64,000 nucleotides of DNA from an uncultured Actinomycetes bacterium (lineage in GTDB: Bacteria > Actinomycetota > Thermoleophilia > UBA2241). The notes below the pieces were generated by a model. That model ran no database searches and was not told the origin of the DNA. It worked only from the letters and a program-made list of their open reading frames with translations. A program made the translations under genes and the position numbers. Of the stretch, positions 10,797 to 22,139 are shown one piece after another (position 1 is the first letter of the stretch; every line of letters begins with the position of its first letter). The stretch covers positions 128,001-192,000 of the forward strand of contig CAVRZA010000002.1 of assembly GCA_963725665.1 (NCBI GenBank). Reading direction: 5' to 3'.

Positions 10797-11804
10797 ATGA
10801 AGAGACTCGTTCTGGTCATGGCTGCGGCCACGCTGCTGCTGGTCCCGCTGGTGGCCGGCTGCGGTCAGAGTATGCCCTCAGGCGCGATCGCCACGGTCGG
10901 GGACGCGGCAGTGACCCAGCAGCAGTTCGATGAGATCGTCGACATCTCCAAGAAGCAGGCGGCCAGCGCGGCGAGCCCGCAGCCGTTCCCCAGCCCCGGC
11001 ACGCAGCAGTACAACTACTTCTCCGCCCAAGTGGTCAACATGCTGGTCAACCAGGAGCTCATGAAACAGCAGGCCGCCAAGCTCAACGTGTCGGTGACCG
11101 ACAAGCAGCTCAACGACAAGATCAAGCAGTACGAGAAGCAGTTCGGGGGCGCGAAGAAGTTCCAGACGTACATCGAGAAGCAGGGCATGACGATGGAGTT
11201 CGCCAGGACCCTCATCAAGAACCAGATCCTCACCCAGGCCATCTACGACAAGGTGACCTCGGCCGCGGCCGTGACCGATGCCGATATGAAGGCCTACTGG
11301 AAGCAGCACAACGACAGCTTCCAGCAGAAGCCAACGCGGACGGTGCGCCATATCCTGGTGAAGTCCAAGGCCCAGGCCGACATGGTACGCGCGCTGCTCG
11401 CGGCCGATCCCAGCAACGCCAACTGGAACAAGGTCGCCAAGAAGTACTCCACCGACCCGGGCACCAAGTCTACGGGCGGCAACTTGGGCCCCATCAGTCA
11501 GGGCATGATGGTCGCGGCCTTCGACAAGGCGGCCTTCTCGCTCAAGAAGGACGTCATCTCGGTGCCGGTCAAGACGCAATACGGCTGGCACGTCCTCGAG
11601 GTGACGGCCATCACGCCGGGTAAGACGGTCACCTACGACCAGTCCAAGACGCAGATCAAGCAGATGCTGCAGGCGCAAAGCAAGCAGACCTCCTGGACGA
11701 AGTGGCTCGACGGGGTCACCAAGGCGGCGAACATCAAGTACGCCAGCGGTTTCGATCCCGCCAAGCTCACGGCGCCGGCGTCTCCGCAACCGAGCGCGAG
11801 CTGA
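10797..11804 (+). CDS. PrsA/SurA-type parvulin peptidyl-prolyl isomerase lipoprotein
   Basis: Lipobox LVAGC; VRHILVK, AKKYSTDPG..GGNLG, PVKTQYGWH. Confidence 0.88.
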   Translation: MKRLVLVMAAATLLLVPLVAGCGQSMPSGAIATVGDAAVTQQQFDEIVDISKKQAASAASPQPFPSPGTQQYNYFSAQVVNMLVNQELMKQQAAKLNVSVTDKQLNDKIKQYEKQFGGAKKFQTYIEKQGMTMEFARTLIKNQILTQAIYDKVTSAAAVTDADMKAYWKQHNDSFQQKPTRTVRHILVKSKAQADMVRALLAADPSNANWNKVAKKYSTDPGTKSTGGNLGPISQGMMVAAFDKAAFSLKKDVISVPVKTQYGWHVLEVTAITPGKTVTYDQSKTQIKQMLQAQSKQTSWTKWLDGVTKAANIKYASGFDPAKLTAPASPQPSAS

Positions 11805-11889
11805 CGCTTCATCGGGAGTCGGCCTCTCTTACGCGAACGAGAGGGCGGCGCCGCGTGGTGGTGAGCCACGCGGCGCCGCCCCAGACGAT

Positions 11890-14492
<2,603 letters not shown>

Positions 14493-14577
14493 GACGGCGG
14501 GCGGCACCCAAACGGGCCCCTTCCGACCACGACGATCCGGGCGCGGTGGCGCACCGGCAGGCGAAGAGAGAGTGACG

Positions 14578-15366
14578 ATGTACTGCCCCGACTGCGGATA
14601 CGACGCCGGCGAGGCCAACTTCTGCCCCGAGTGCGGCAGCGACCTCGGCGCGCTGAAGAACGCGCGTAAGAACGTGAAGACCACGGGTAACCAGCGGCGG
14701 TCGGGCGGCGACCGCGCCGCCGGTAGCGGCGGCGCGGCCGCCGCCCAGCAGGGCCCCGCTCGCCGTGCGGCCGCGAGGGGCCTGTCGACGACCAGGATGA
14801 TCTGGATCCTCGTCGCCATCGCCGCGGTGGCCGCTTTCGCCATCGTCTACATCGTCAACAACCGCGGGAGCAGCAGCAGCACGAGCACGCCGACGACCCC
14901 GAGCGGTCCGGTCACCGCCGACACCAGCGGCACCTACTCGGAGCTCGTCGCGCGCGCCAACGGCCTCTACGACCAGGGCGCGCCGCTGATCCAGAAGAAC
15001 GACCTCAACGGTGCCTCGCCGTACTTCGCCGCTGCCGCCAAGGTCTACGCAGCGGCCTGGAAGAAGCAACCCGGCGACCCGGCTGTGGGCACCGACTACG
15101 CGACCTCGCTCTTCTACTCGGGCGACGTAGAGGGTGCCGTCAAACAGGTGGACAAGGTCCTGGCGAAGAACTCGACCTTCCAGAACGCCCTCTACAACCG
15201 CGGCAACTTCCTCGGCATGCAGGCGCGCGTCGCGCAGCAGAACGGCCAGAAGGCCAAGGCCGACAAGCTCTTCGCGCTAGCCAAGGCGTCGTACCAGGCG
15301 GCGATCAACGTCGATGCCACCTCCGACAGCGGCCAGGCGGCCGCGCAGGCGCTGAAGAGCCTGTGA
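14578..15366 (+). CDS. Membrane-anchored zinc-ribbon plus TPR-like protein
   Basis: CPDCG...FCPECG, one TM segment, Ser/Thr linker, TPR-like helices (ALYNRGNFL). Confidence 0.7.
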   Translation: MYCPDCGYDAGEANFCPECGSDLGALKNARKNVKTTGNQRRSGGDRAAGSGGAAAAQQGPARRAAARGLSTTRMIWILVAIAAVAAFAIVYIVNNRGSSSSTSTPTTPSGPVTADTSGTYSELVARANGLYDQGAPLIQKNDLNGASPYFAAAAKVYAAAWKKQPGDPAVGTDYATSLFYSGDVEGAVKQVDKVLAKNSTFQNALYNRGNFLGMQARVAQQNGQKAKADKLFALAKASYQAAINVDATSDSGQAAAQALKSL

Positions 15367-15507
15367 GCTGAAGCGTCGCCGAGGTCGGGTCGGTCGGCGC
15401 CATCCGTACTCCAGCGGGACCTTCGGGGATGTGTCGGTCTGAAGGTGAAGTCGGGGCCGGGGCGAATCTCGTAGCTACCTGGCAGCGTCGGGAGGAGCAC
15501 GGTCGCG

Positions 15508-15915
15508 ATGGCCGCAAGGAAGCGCAACACGACGAAGGCGCCGGTGCGTCTGCACCCCGGCCGCCTTGCCGTGCTCGTGCTGGGCATCGTCGCGGCGTAC
15601 TTCTTCGTCTCTCCACTGCGCGCCTTCTTCGCCCAGCAGGACCGCTACCAGCGGGAGGTCGCGGCGCTCGCGCAGGTGCGAGCGCAGAACGCCGAGCTGA
15701 AGGCCGAGCTGGCGACCATGGGCACGCAGGAGTACGTCGTGCGTCAGGCGCGCAAGGACTTCCAGCTCGTGCCGCCGGGCGTGCAGGCGTTCGTCGTGAA
15801 GGGTCTCCCGCACGAACCTCTCGTAGACCAGGCGCCGGCGGGATCCTCGCCGAAGACGTCGCACCTCTCCATCGCCCAACGTCTCGCGGACCTCTGGCAC
15901 ACCATCGCCGACTGA
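15508..15915 (+). CDS. Septum formation initiator (FtsB/DivIC family)
   Basis: N-terminal TM, coiled coil, YVVRQARKDFQLVPPG; eno-divIC-DUF501-ppx synteny. Confidence 0.85.
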   Translation: MAARKRNTTKAPVRLHPGRLAVLVLGIVAAYFFVSPLRAFFAQQDRYQREVAALAQVRAQNAELKAELATMGTQEYVVRQARKDFQLVPPGVQAFVVKGLPHEPLVDQAPAGSSPKTSHLSIAQRLADLWHTIAD

Positions 15916-15939
15916 TCACCTCATCCCTCCGGACACACC

Positions 15940-16560
15940 GTGGCACGTAGCGTCCGACCCCGCCGCGGCGGTTCGGCCGTGAGTCCCGGGCCTTCCCACG
16001 GTGGCGGATTGAGCGCGCGCGACCGAGCCGTCGTGGAACGGCAGCTCGGTCGCGCGCCGCACCTGATGAGCCGGGTCGCGGCCAGGTGCCCGTTCGGCTT
16101 CGTTGCGGTGGTCGAGGACCTGCCCTACGACGACCGCGGGCTGCCGTTCCCGACGCTCTTCTACGCCACCTGTCCGACGCTGGTGCAGGCGTTATCGCGG
16201 CTCGAGGACGCCGGGGGTGTGCGCAACTGGTCGACACGGGCTAGCTGCGAGGCCGAGTTGCTCGTCTCGCTGCGCGACGCGGAGCGCTACGAGCGGCGCC
16301 GCCGTCGCGTGCTGGCGGCGCGTTGCGCCGCCGCGTGGCGCGACGGCGGCGCCGCCCTGGCGCTCGGCGTCGCCGGCGTCCGGCGCGGCGACCGGACCGA
16401 CCTGAAATGCCTGCACGCGCACGCGGCCCACGCGCTGGCCCGGCCGCGCTATCTGCTCGGCCGGGCCATCCTGGAGGAGGCCGGGCGACCGTGGTGTGAC
16501 GACGAGCGCTGCCGATACGTGCCTTTCGGTCCCGCGATAGTGGCGGAGACGCTCCGGTGA
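15940..16560 (+). CDS. DUF501 family protein (start uncertain)
   Basis: QLGR, RCPFG, PFPTLFYATCP, KCLHAH. Confidence 0.88.
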   Translation: MARSVRPRRGGSAVSPGPSHGGGLSARDRAVVERQLGRAPHLMSRVAARCPFGFVAVVEDLPYDDRGLPFPTLFYATCPTLVQALSRLEDAGGVRNWSTRASCEAELLVSLRDAERYERRRRRVLAARCAAAWRDGGAALALGVAGVRRGDRTDLKCLHAHAAHALARPRYLLGRAILEEAGRPWCDDERCRYVPFGPAIVAETLR

Positions 16561-17558
16561 AGGTGGCCGTCGTAGACCTCGGCACCAACTCCTGTCGCCT
16601 TCTGCTGGCTCAGGTCGACGGCGGCCGCGTCACGACGCGCGCGCGGGCCGCCACGGTGACGCGGCTTGGCGAGGGCGTCGACCGGCGCCGCGCGCTGAAC
16701 GCGGCCGCTGCGCGACGCACGACGGAGTGCCTCGAGGTCTACGCGCGGCGCATCGAGCGCTTCGCGCCCGAGCGGCGGCAGCTCATCGCCACCAGCGTCC
16801 TGCGCGACGTCGCCGACGGACAGGCCTATCTTGACGGGCTCCAGCGCCGGTTCGGGCTGCCGTGGCGGATCCTGGGCGGCGACGAGGAGGCGGCGCTCGG
16901 CTTCGCCGGCGCCGCCTCAGGCGTCGCCGCCTTGCCCGTCGCCGCCTTGCCCGTCGCGGAACGGTCCGCTGCGCCAACCCCTGGCCGCCTCGCCGTGCTC
17001 GACGTGGGCGGCGGCAGCACGGAGCTCGCCGTCGGCCCTCTACCGATGGGGCGACGCCCGGAGCCACCCTCGGCGATAGCGACGCCGGACCTGACCCGCA
17101 GCCTCGACGTGGGCTCCGTGCGGCTCACCGAACGCTTCCTTCTCTCCGATCCGCCGACGGAGGCGGAATGGCGTGACGCCGAGCGCTTCACGAGAGAGCT
17201 TCTCGAATGTCAGCTACCAGACGACGCGCGCTTGCGCATCGCGCTCGTCGTGGGTGTGGCCGGGACGATCACCACGATCGTCGCCTACAAGCTCGGCCTG
17301 CGTCGCTTCGATCCGGAGCTGGTGCACGGTCACCGGCTGTCGCTGGCTGACATCGAGCGCGCCATCGCCGTCTTTCGCAGCCTGACCAGCGAGCAGCGCG
17401 CCGGCCTCCCCGGCATCCAACGCGGCCGCGAGGACGTGATCCCGGCCGGCGCGCTCATCGCCCGCGAGGCCTGCCGCCTGCTGTCGGTCGACGGGCTCGT
17501 GGCCAGCGAGGTCGACATCCTCGACGGTGTCGCTCTCGTGATCGCGGGCGAACGCTGA
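16557..17558 (+). CDS. ppx: Ppx/GppA exopolyphosphatase family
   Basis: VDLGTNS, TRLGEGVD, DVGGGSTE, GSVRLTERF, GREDVIPAG. Confidence 0.93.
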   Translation: MKVAVVDLGTNSCRLLLAQVDGGRVTTRARAATVTRLGEGVDRRRALNAAAARRTTECLEVYARRIERFAPERRQLIATSVLRDVADGQAYLDGLQRRFGLPWRILGGDEEAALGFAGAASGVAALPVAALPVAERSAAPTPGRLAVLDVGGGSTELAVGPLPMGRRPEPPSAIATPDLTRSLDVGSVRLTERFLLSDPPTEAEWRDAERFTRELLECQLPDDARLRIALVVGVAGTITTIVAYKLGLRRFDPELVHGHRLSLADIERAIAVFRSLTSEQRAGLPGIQRGREDVIPAGALIAREACRLLSVDGLVASEVDILDGVALVIAGER

Positions 17559-17622
17559 CCAGGCGTCTGCGCGTTCGGGCGGCGGCATTCTCAGCGGTCG
17601 TCCGCTCGCTATACTGGTCGCG

Positions 17623-17707
17623 GCCGGAGTGGCGGAACTGGTAGACGCGCGGGACTTAAAATCCTGTGGGACATGCGCCCGTCCGGGTTCAATTCCCGGC
17701 TCCGGCA
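17623..17707 (+). tRNA. tRNA-Leu (anticodon TAA, bldA-type), CCA not encoded
   Basis: Acceptor GCCGGAG/CTCCGGC, GGCGGAACTGGTAGACGC, anticodon arm CGGGA-CTTAAAA-TCCTG, long variable arm, GTTCAATTC; TATACT at 17610. Confidence 0.95.
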
Positions 17708-17794
17708 CCTACTTTCACCTGCAAATGAGCCTTGCGCCAGTCTCGGCTCCGTTTCTACTAAGTCGGTAACTGCGCACACTGTGCGCACACGCCC

Positions 17795-17920
17795 TCAGTG
17801 GCCCTCGAAGATGAGCGCCGCCACCTTGGTCGCGGCCTCCTCCTGCATGTCGGGTAGAACGTGGCTGTAGAGGTTCAGCGTGATCGCTGTCGTGGAGTGG
17901 CCGAGCATCTCCGAGACCAC
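17795..17920 (-). pseudogene. Tyrosine integrase C-terminal remnant (about 41 aa)
   Basis: VVSEMLGHSTTAITLNLYSHVLPDMQEEAA matches the box II LGH...Y motif; ends facing the tRNA; the upstream part is missing. Confidence 0.85.
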
Positions 17921-17939
17921 CAGAGAGGAGAACACGATC

Positions 17940-18390
17940 ATGTCTACATCGATCAACAACGTCACGCTGGTGGGCAACCTCACCCGCGATCCCGAGACGC
18001 GCGCCGCCGGCACTACGACGGTCTGCAGCCTGCGCTTGGCCGTCAACGACCGCGTCAAGGACCCCGCCACGGGGGAGTGGGGCGACCGCGCCAACTACTT
18101 CGACGTCGACGTCTTCGGCTCCCGGGGCGATTTGTGCGATTAGTACCTCCGCAAGGGCCGTCAGGTGGCCGTGCAGGGCAAACTGTGCTACCGCGAGTGG
18201 ATGGCCAAGGACGGGCAGAAACGCTCCGCCGTCGCCATCGTGGCCAACAACGTGCAGTTCATCGGGCCGCGCGAGGGCGCCAGCACCACGGCGACCGCGG
18301 GGGCGCGGCCAGCACAGACGGCTGTGCGGCCGCCCTCACCGATGACCTCGCCGCCGCCGAGGACGCCGAGGACGGGATATCCCGTTCTGA
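17940..18390 (+). pseudogene. ssb: Single-stranded DNA-binding protein pseudogene
   Basis: INNVTLVGNLTRDPE, YLRKGRQVAVQGKL, VANNVQF; in-frame TAG at 18141; terminal DIPF-stop (18376-18390) is in another frame; GAGGAG RBS. Confidence 0.88.
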
Positions 18391-18654
18391 CGAGATGCGG
18401 GCGACCTGCACACAGCCTGAGACGAAGATCCTGCGCGCCGTCGGCAGTCCCATCACTTTCTGCCGCCCCCCACCAAGAAGGTGCTCGCCCGGCACGGAGC
18501 CGAGCACAACGCGGCCGCATGAGCGCAACCCTGACGGAGGGGGCAGGCCCGCCGTCTCACTCAGGGTCGGCGGCCCTCGTCGTTCCCGCCACCTACATAG
18601 TTGCCGCTGGTATTGAGCGCTGTCTAGACTGCGGTTATTACTCGGGTGGTCGGT

Positions 18655-18754
18655 CCCCCGCCTGCTTCATGAAGGAAGCGCCCCCGCTGGGAGAGCGGGG
18701 ACGCTCGTGATGCGAGGGCCAGCCCTTTGGGGGGTACAAGCTGCTAACCCGTAC
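18655..18754 (-). ncRNA. Candidate structured small RNA, copy 1 (two hairpins, C-rich loops)
   Basis: Diverged duplicate at 20256-20353; stems pair with G-U on the minus strand; TTGAGC-16-TATTAT promoter at 18785-18758. Confidence 0.5.
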
Positions 18755-19316
18755 GTAATAATACCGCGCTCCAAACGGCGCTCAATAGCAGGCCCACAAC
18801 GACGAACGCCCCCGCGAGTGGAGGCGCTCGACAGCGAGATCGAGATTGGCGCTTCCTGCGTCCACCCCCAGCGTGTCGGCGATCTTGCGCTGGGAGTAGC
18901 GGGCCGGCCGCGCTCTTGTGCCCGGCATCGCTCGCCCACGGCCGGCCTCGTCTCATCCTAACGCCGCGTCAGCGGCCGCCGGAGGGCCGCAAGGGTGCGC
19001 GACATTGCCCACGACGCGAACGGCCCCGTCGCCGGCGCCGCTTGCGGTGTCGCGTTGGAGTCACGCCATCCTGGGGCTCTGGACAGGATGGCGCATTGTA
19101 GCGTGTTGATGTGAGCCATCCTGGGATTTGTCTAGGTAGTCTGGCCTAGAGTCGTAGTAGGGGTGGCCGCGAGCATCGAGGGCCTACAACCGTCTAGGTC
19201 AGGCCGCCCCGGCCGTGCCTTCTCATCGTACCCCGACTATCCGCTGAAATACCTGCACTCGAGCTTGTGAAAGGCGACACTAGACACACTAGAGTCGATC
19301 GTCAGGCGGGTGACGT

Positions 19317-19535
19317 ATGAGCAGTGTCGAACTGGCATCGTGGTTCGCCCTGGGCCTGTTCTGGCTCTCGCGGATCGCACTTGTCGTAATCGTCGTGGCG
19401 GCGGTCATCGCCATCGTGCGCGTCCTGCGCTTGCCTCCGTACGTGCCCGAGGCGTCCGACCAGGAGGAGATAGATCTGGAGCCGCCTCTCTGGGCGATGG
19501 ACGGGTTGAAGAGAAAGACAGCGCACGGGAGATGA
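19317..19535 (+). CDS. Hypothetical small membrane protein
   Basis: 72-aa ORF with hydrophobic N-terminal segment; no family recognised. Confidence 0.45.
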   Translation: MSSVELASWFALGLFWLSRIALVVIVVAAVIAIVRVLRLPPYVPEASDQEEIDLEPPLWAMDGLKRKTAHGR

Positions 19536-19538
19536 AGT

Positions 19539-20018
19539 ATGAGCCCACTGTTCACACTAACCGCGACGCAACGTCTCACGGCCGGAGAACAAGCCGTATA
19601 TGACTTCATTTCGGAGGATTTCCAGAACGTGCGGCGCCTCGTGGAACAAGTGGCGGCCGCGAAGACCACGAACACCCACGCGGCAGTCGTCACTCAAATA
19701 GCCGAGGCCGACGCTATCCTGCAGACCACGTACTCAGACTGGCTGGCGATGGACCTTGTGGGCGGACGAGTACATACGCTTGAGCGCGACTACGAGTCCG
19801 TGCTGCGCAGCATGCTCATCGTTAGCGAGAGCATGAAGGCGGTCTTGGCCGCGCCGACGAAGGTCTTGGCCGCTGCAGCCATGCAGGTGGCTCTGAGGGA
19901 GGTCCCTAGACTCACCAGGCGCGTCGGATGGTCCGCCCAAGAACTTGACGCGCTCGCGGCGTACACGGACGGAAACGGGGCACGACCTCGAGGACTTCCC
20001 GCGCGCGCAGGCAAGTAG
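19539..20018 (+). CDS. Hypothetical helical protein
   Basis: 159-aa ORF 3 nt after the previous stop; codon usage less GC-biased than core genes. Confidence 0.55.
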   Translation: MSPLFTLTATQRLTAGEQAVYDFISEDFQNVRRLVEQVAAAKTTNTHAAVVTQIAEADAILQTTYSDWLAMDLVGGRVHTLERDYESVLRSMLIVSESMKAVLAAPTKVLAAAAMQVALREVPRLTRRVGWSAQELDALAAYTDGNGARPRGLPARAGK

Positions 20019-20255
20019 GGGCGCGACTGTCTACCCGCTCGTCAGCGCCAGCGTAGCCGGCCCCGTCTTCTCGTAGCGCCCCGTCAGCGCGCGCAGGAAG
20101 GCCGTGGGGGGTGTTGCGGGTTGACGTTGGCGCGCATCGCCGACCGGGCACCACCAATCCTCCTCTAAACGTTAAGGTCACGGTCCACGACGCCGATAGT
20201 AAGAGAGTGACCTCCTGAGAGTGGGGGGCGGCAGGGTGCTGAGAGGCATGGCCGC

Positions 20256-20353
20256 CCCCCGCCTGCTTCATGAAGGAAGCGCCCCCGCTGGAGGGCGGGA
20301 GCGCTCGTGATGCGCAGGTCAGCTCCTTTGGGGGGATCACTGCTAACCCGAAC
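20256..20353 (-). ncRNA. Candidate structured small RNA, copy 2
   Basis: Same two stems as copy 1 with pairing-preserving changes; TATTAT at 20362-20357 at identical spacing. Confidence 0.5.
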
Positions 20354-20455
20354 GGGATAATAGTCGCACACCGGCGATCGGCCGGCAGACGGTGGCGCAC
20401 CCTTCCGGTACACTGGCGACCAGGACCTCGTCAGGCGCGAACGAAAGGACACCGC

Positions 20456-21070
20456 GTGGGGCTGTTGCGCCCTCCCGACGTCGCGCGCTATGCGCGCATG
20501 GGTCACATCGACAAGCTGACCGAGGCGGCGCGCAGCAAGCGCTGGCCCGAAGCTGCTATCGCGGCGCGGCGGGCGCTCGGGGAACACATGGACCTGCTCG
20601 TCGATACGCTGGGCAACAAGAGCATGCGCCGCGTCTTGACGGCCCGTGAGGCGCTCAAAGCCATCGGCCGGCCGGCCACCAAGGCCCTGCTCGACAAGAT
20701 CGACGATCCCACCAGGGAGCGTCGTCAGGACGTGGTGCACGCGCTCGGGGAAGTAGGCGATCCCTACGCGGTCAAGGCGCTGGTCGAGCGGCTGCGCGAC
20801 CCCGACGGCTTGGTGCGCCAGCTCGCCTGCCGCGCCCTCGCCAAGATCGGCGATCCGCGCGCGCTCGCGCCGCTGCGGCGCGCCGCCGCCGCCGACCCCG
20901 ACGACTCGGTGCGCAAGACGGCGGCCGAGGCGGCGCGCCGGATCGAGAAGCGCTCCAGCGTTGCCGCGAGCCGAGCCGGGGGCGCCGCGGCCGATTCGTC
21001 CCCATCCGAACAGCCGACCGGCCAGGAGGACGGTGCCGGCGAGGCCGAAGACCAGGAGGAGCGTCCGTGA
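20456..21070 (+). CDS. HEAT/PBS-lyase repeat protein
   Basis: HALGEVGDPYAVKALVERLRDPDGLVRQLACRALAKIGDPRA; AAAGGA RBS before GTG. Confidence 0.85.
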   Translation: MGLLRPPDVARYARMGHIDKLTEAARSKRWPEAAIAARRALGEHMDLLVDTLGNKSMRRVLTAREALKAIGRPATKALLDKIDDPTRERRQDVVHALGEVGDPYAVKALVERLRDPDGLVRQLACRALAKIGDPRALAPLRRAAAADPDDSVRKTAAEAARRIEKRSSVAASRAGGAAADSSPSEQPTGQEDGAGEAEDQEERP

Positions 21071-22068
21071 CACCAGTGCGCCGCATCCAGGAGGAGCACG
21101 GCATCGTGGGGCGGGACCGGGAGCTCGCCCTCTCGCTGGCCGTGCTGGCGCGGGGCAGGCACCTGCTGCTCGAGGGGCCGGTGGGCGTCGGCAAGACGAC
21201 CGTCGCACTCGCCGTATGCCGCCACCTGGGCAAGCAGACGGTGCGTGTCGACGGGGACGACCGCTACTCCGAGAGCAAGCTGACCGGCTGGTTCGACCCG
21301 CCGCTGGTGCTCAAGCGTGGGTACTCCGAGGAGTCGTTCTTCCCGGGGCCGTTGGTGCGCGCCATGCGTGAGGGGGGTGTCCTCTTCATCAACGAGCTCA
21401 ACCGCATGCCGGAGTCGGTGCAGAACGTCCTTCTGCCGGCGCTCGACGAGCGTCTCGTGATCGTGCCCCATATCGGGGAGGTGCGCGCTGCCGAGGGCTT
21501 CCAGGTGGTCGCCACGCAGAACCCAGTGGAGTACATCGCCACTGGCCACCTCTCGGAGGCGCTGCGCGACCGCTTCGAGCACGTCGCTCTCGAGTACCAG
21601 AGCGCCGAGGAGGAGGCGCGCATCGTCGCCGCCGAGACCGGCAGCGACGATGCGCGCCTCATCGTGCGGGCCGTCGCCGTCGCTCGAGCGACGCGGGCTC
21701 ACCCCGGGCTCAAGAAGGGCGCCTCGATCCGCGCCGCCATCGCCACGGTGACGATCGCCGAGGAGCTCGCCGCCGAGGGCGGCTTCGCGGGACTTGCCGC
21801 GGCGTCCGGTGCCGGCGAGCGACGCCCGGACTCGATAGCGGCCGACGACCAGGCGGAACCCCGCGGATCGGCGCCGCCGGATGACGACCTACGGCTACTG
21901 CGCCTTGCGGCTGGGGCAGCCCTGCCGACGCGCATCGAGCTCGCCGGCGACGCAGACGCGAGCCTCGACGCCGTCATCGACGATATCTGCGCGGCGGTGG
22001 CCGCCGACGCCGACGCGGCGCTGGCGGCCTTCGCGGCGGCGAGCGCCGCGGCAAGAAAAAAAGGCTGA
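21067..22068 (+). CDS. MoxR-type AAA+ ATPase (AAA_5, CbbQ/NirQ-like)
   Basis: Walker A EGPVGVGKT, Walker B variant LFINELNR, VVATQNP, LSEALRDRF. Confidence 0.9.
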   Translation: MTPVRRIQEEHGIVGRDRELALSLAVLARGRHLLLEGPVGVGKTTVALAVCRHLGKQTVRVDGDDRYSESKLTGWFDPPLVLKRGYSEESFFPGPLVRAMREGGVLFINELNRMPESVQNVLLPALDERLVIVPHIGEVRAAEGFQVVATQNPVEYIATGHLSEALRDRFEHVALEYQSAEEEARIVAAETGSDDARLIVRAVAVARATRAHPGLKKGASIRAAIATVTIAEELAAEGGFAGLAAASGAGERRPDSIAADDQAEPRGSAPPDDDLRLLRLAAGAALPTRIELAGDADASLDAVIDDICAAVAADADAALAAFAAASAAARKKG

Positions 22069-22085
22069 GCGGCGGCAGCCGCCGC
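22056..22085 (+). other. Candidate -1 frameshift signal: A7 slippery run, 6-nt spacer, 7-bp GC hairpin
   Basis: AGA AAA AAA GGC TGA followed by GCGGCGG-CAG-CCGCCGC; the -1 frame is open into the VWA ORF. Confidence 0.55.
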
Positions 22086-22139
22086 ACCGGCGTCCCGGTC
22101 AGGGAGTACCGCCCGGCTCGTCGTCCCGACACCGGGTCT

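Noticed and set aside
18141-18143. In-frame TAG in ssb as amber readthrough (pyrrolysine or recoding)
   Set aside because: The gene also has downstream frameshifts and sits in a decayed element; a CAG-to-TAG mutation is simpler, and TAG is used as a normal stop elsewhere in the window.
18660-18700. SRP RNA or c-di-AMP riboswitch identity for the duplicated element
   Set aside because: GAAGGAAGC and GCTAACCC occur, but the rest of each consensus is absent and the G-U pattern favours the opposite strand.
20032-20110. Minus-strand fragment TAFLRALTGRYEKTG that looks like a gene end
   Set aside because: No start codon before the upstream stop and too short to assign.
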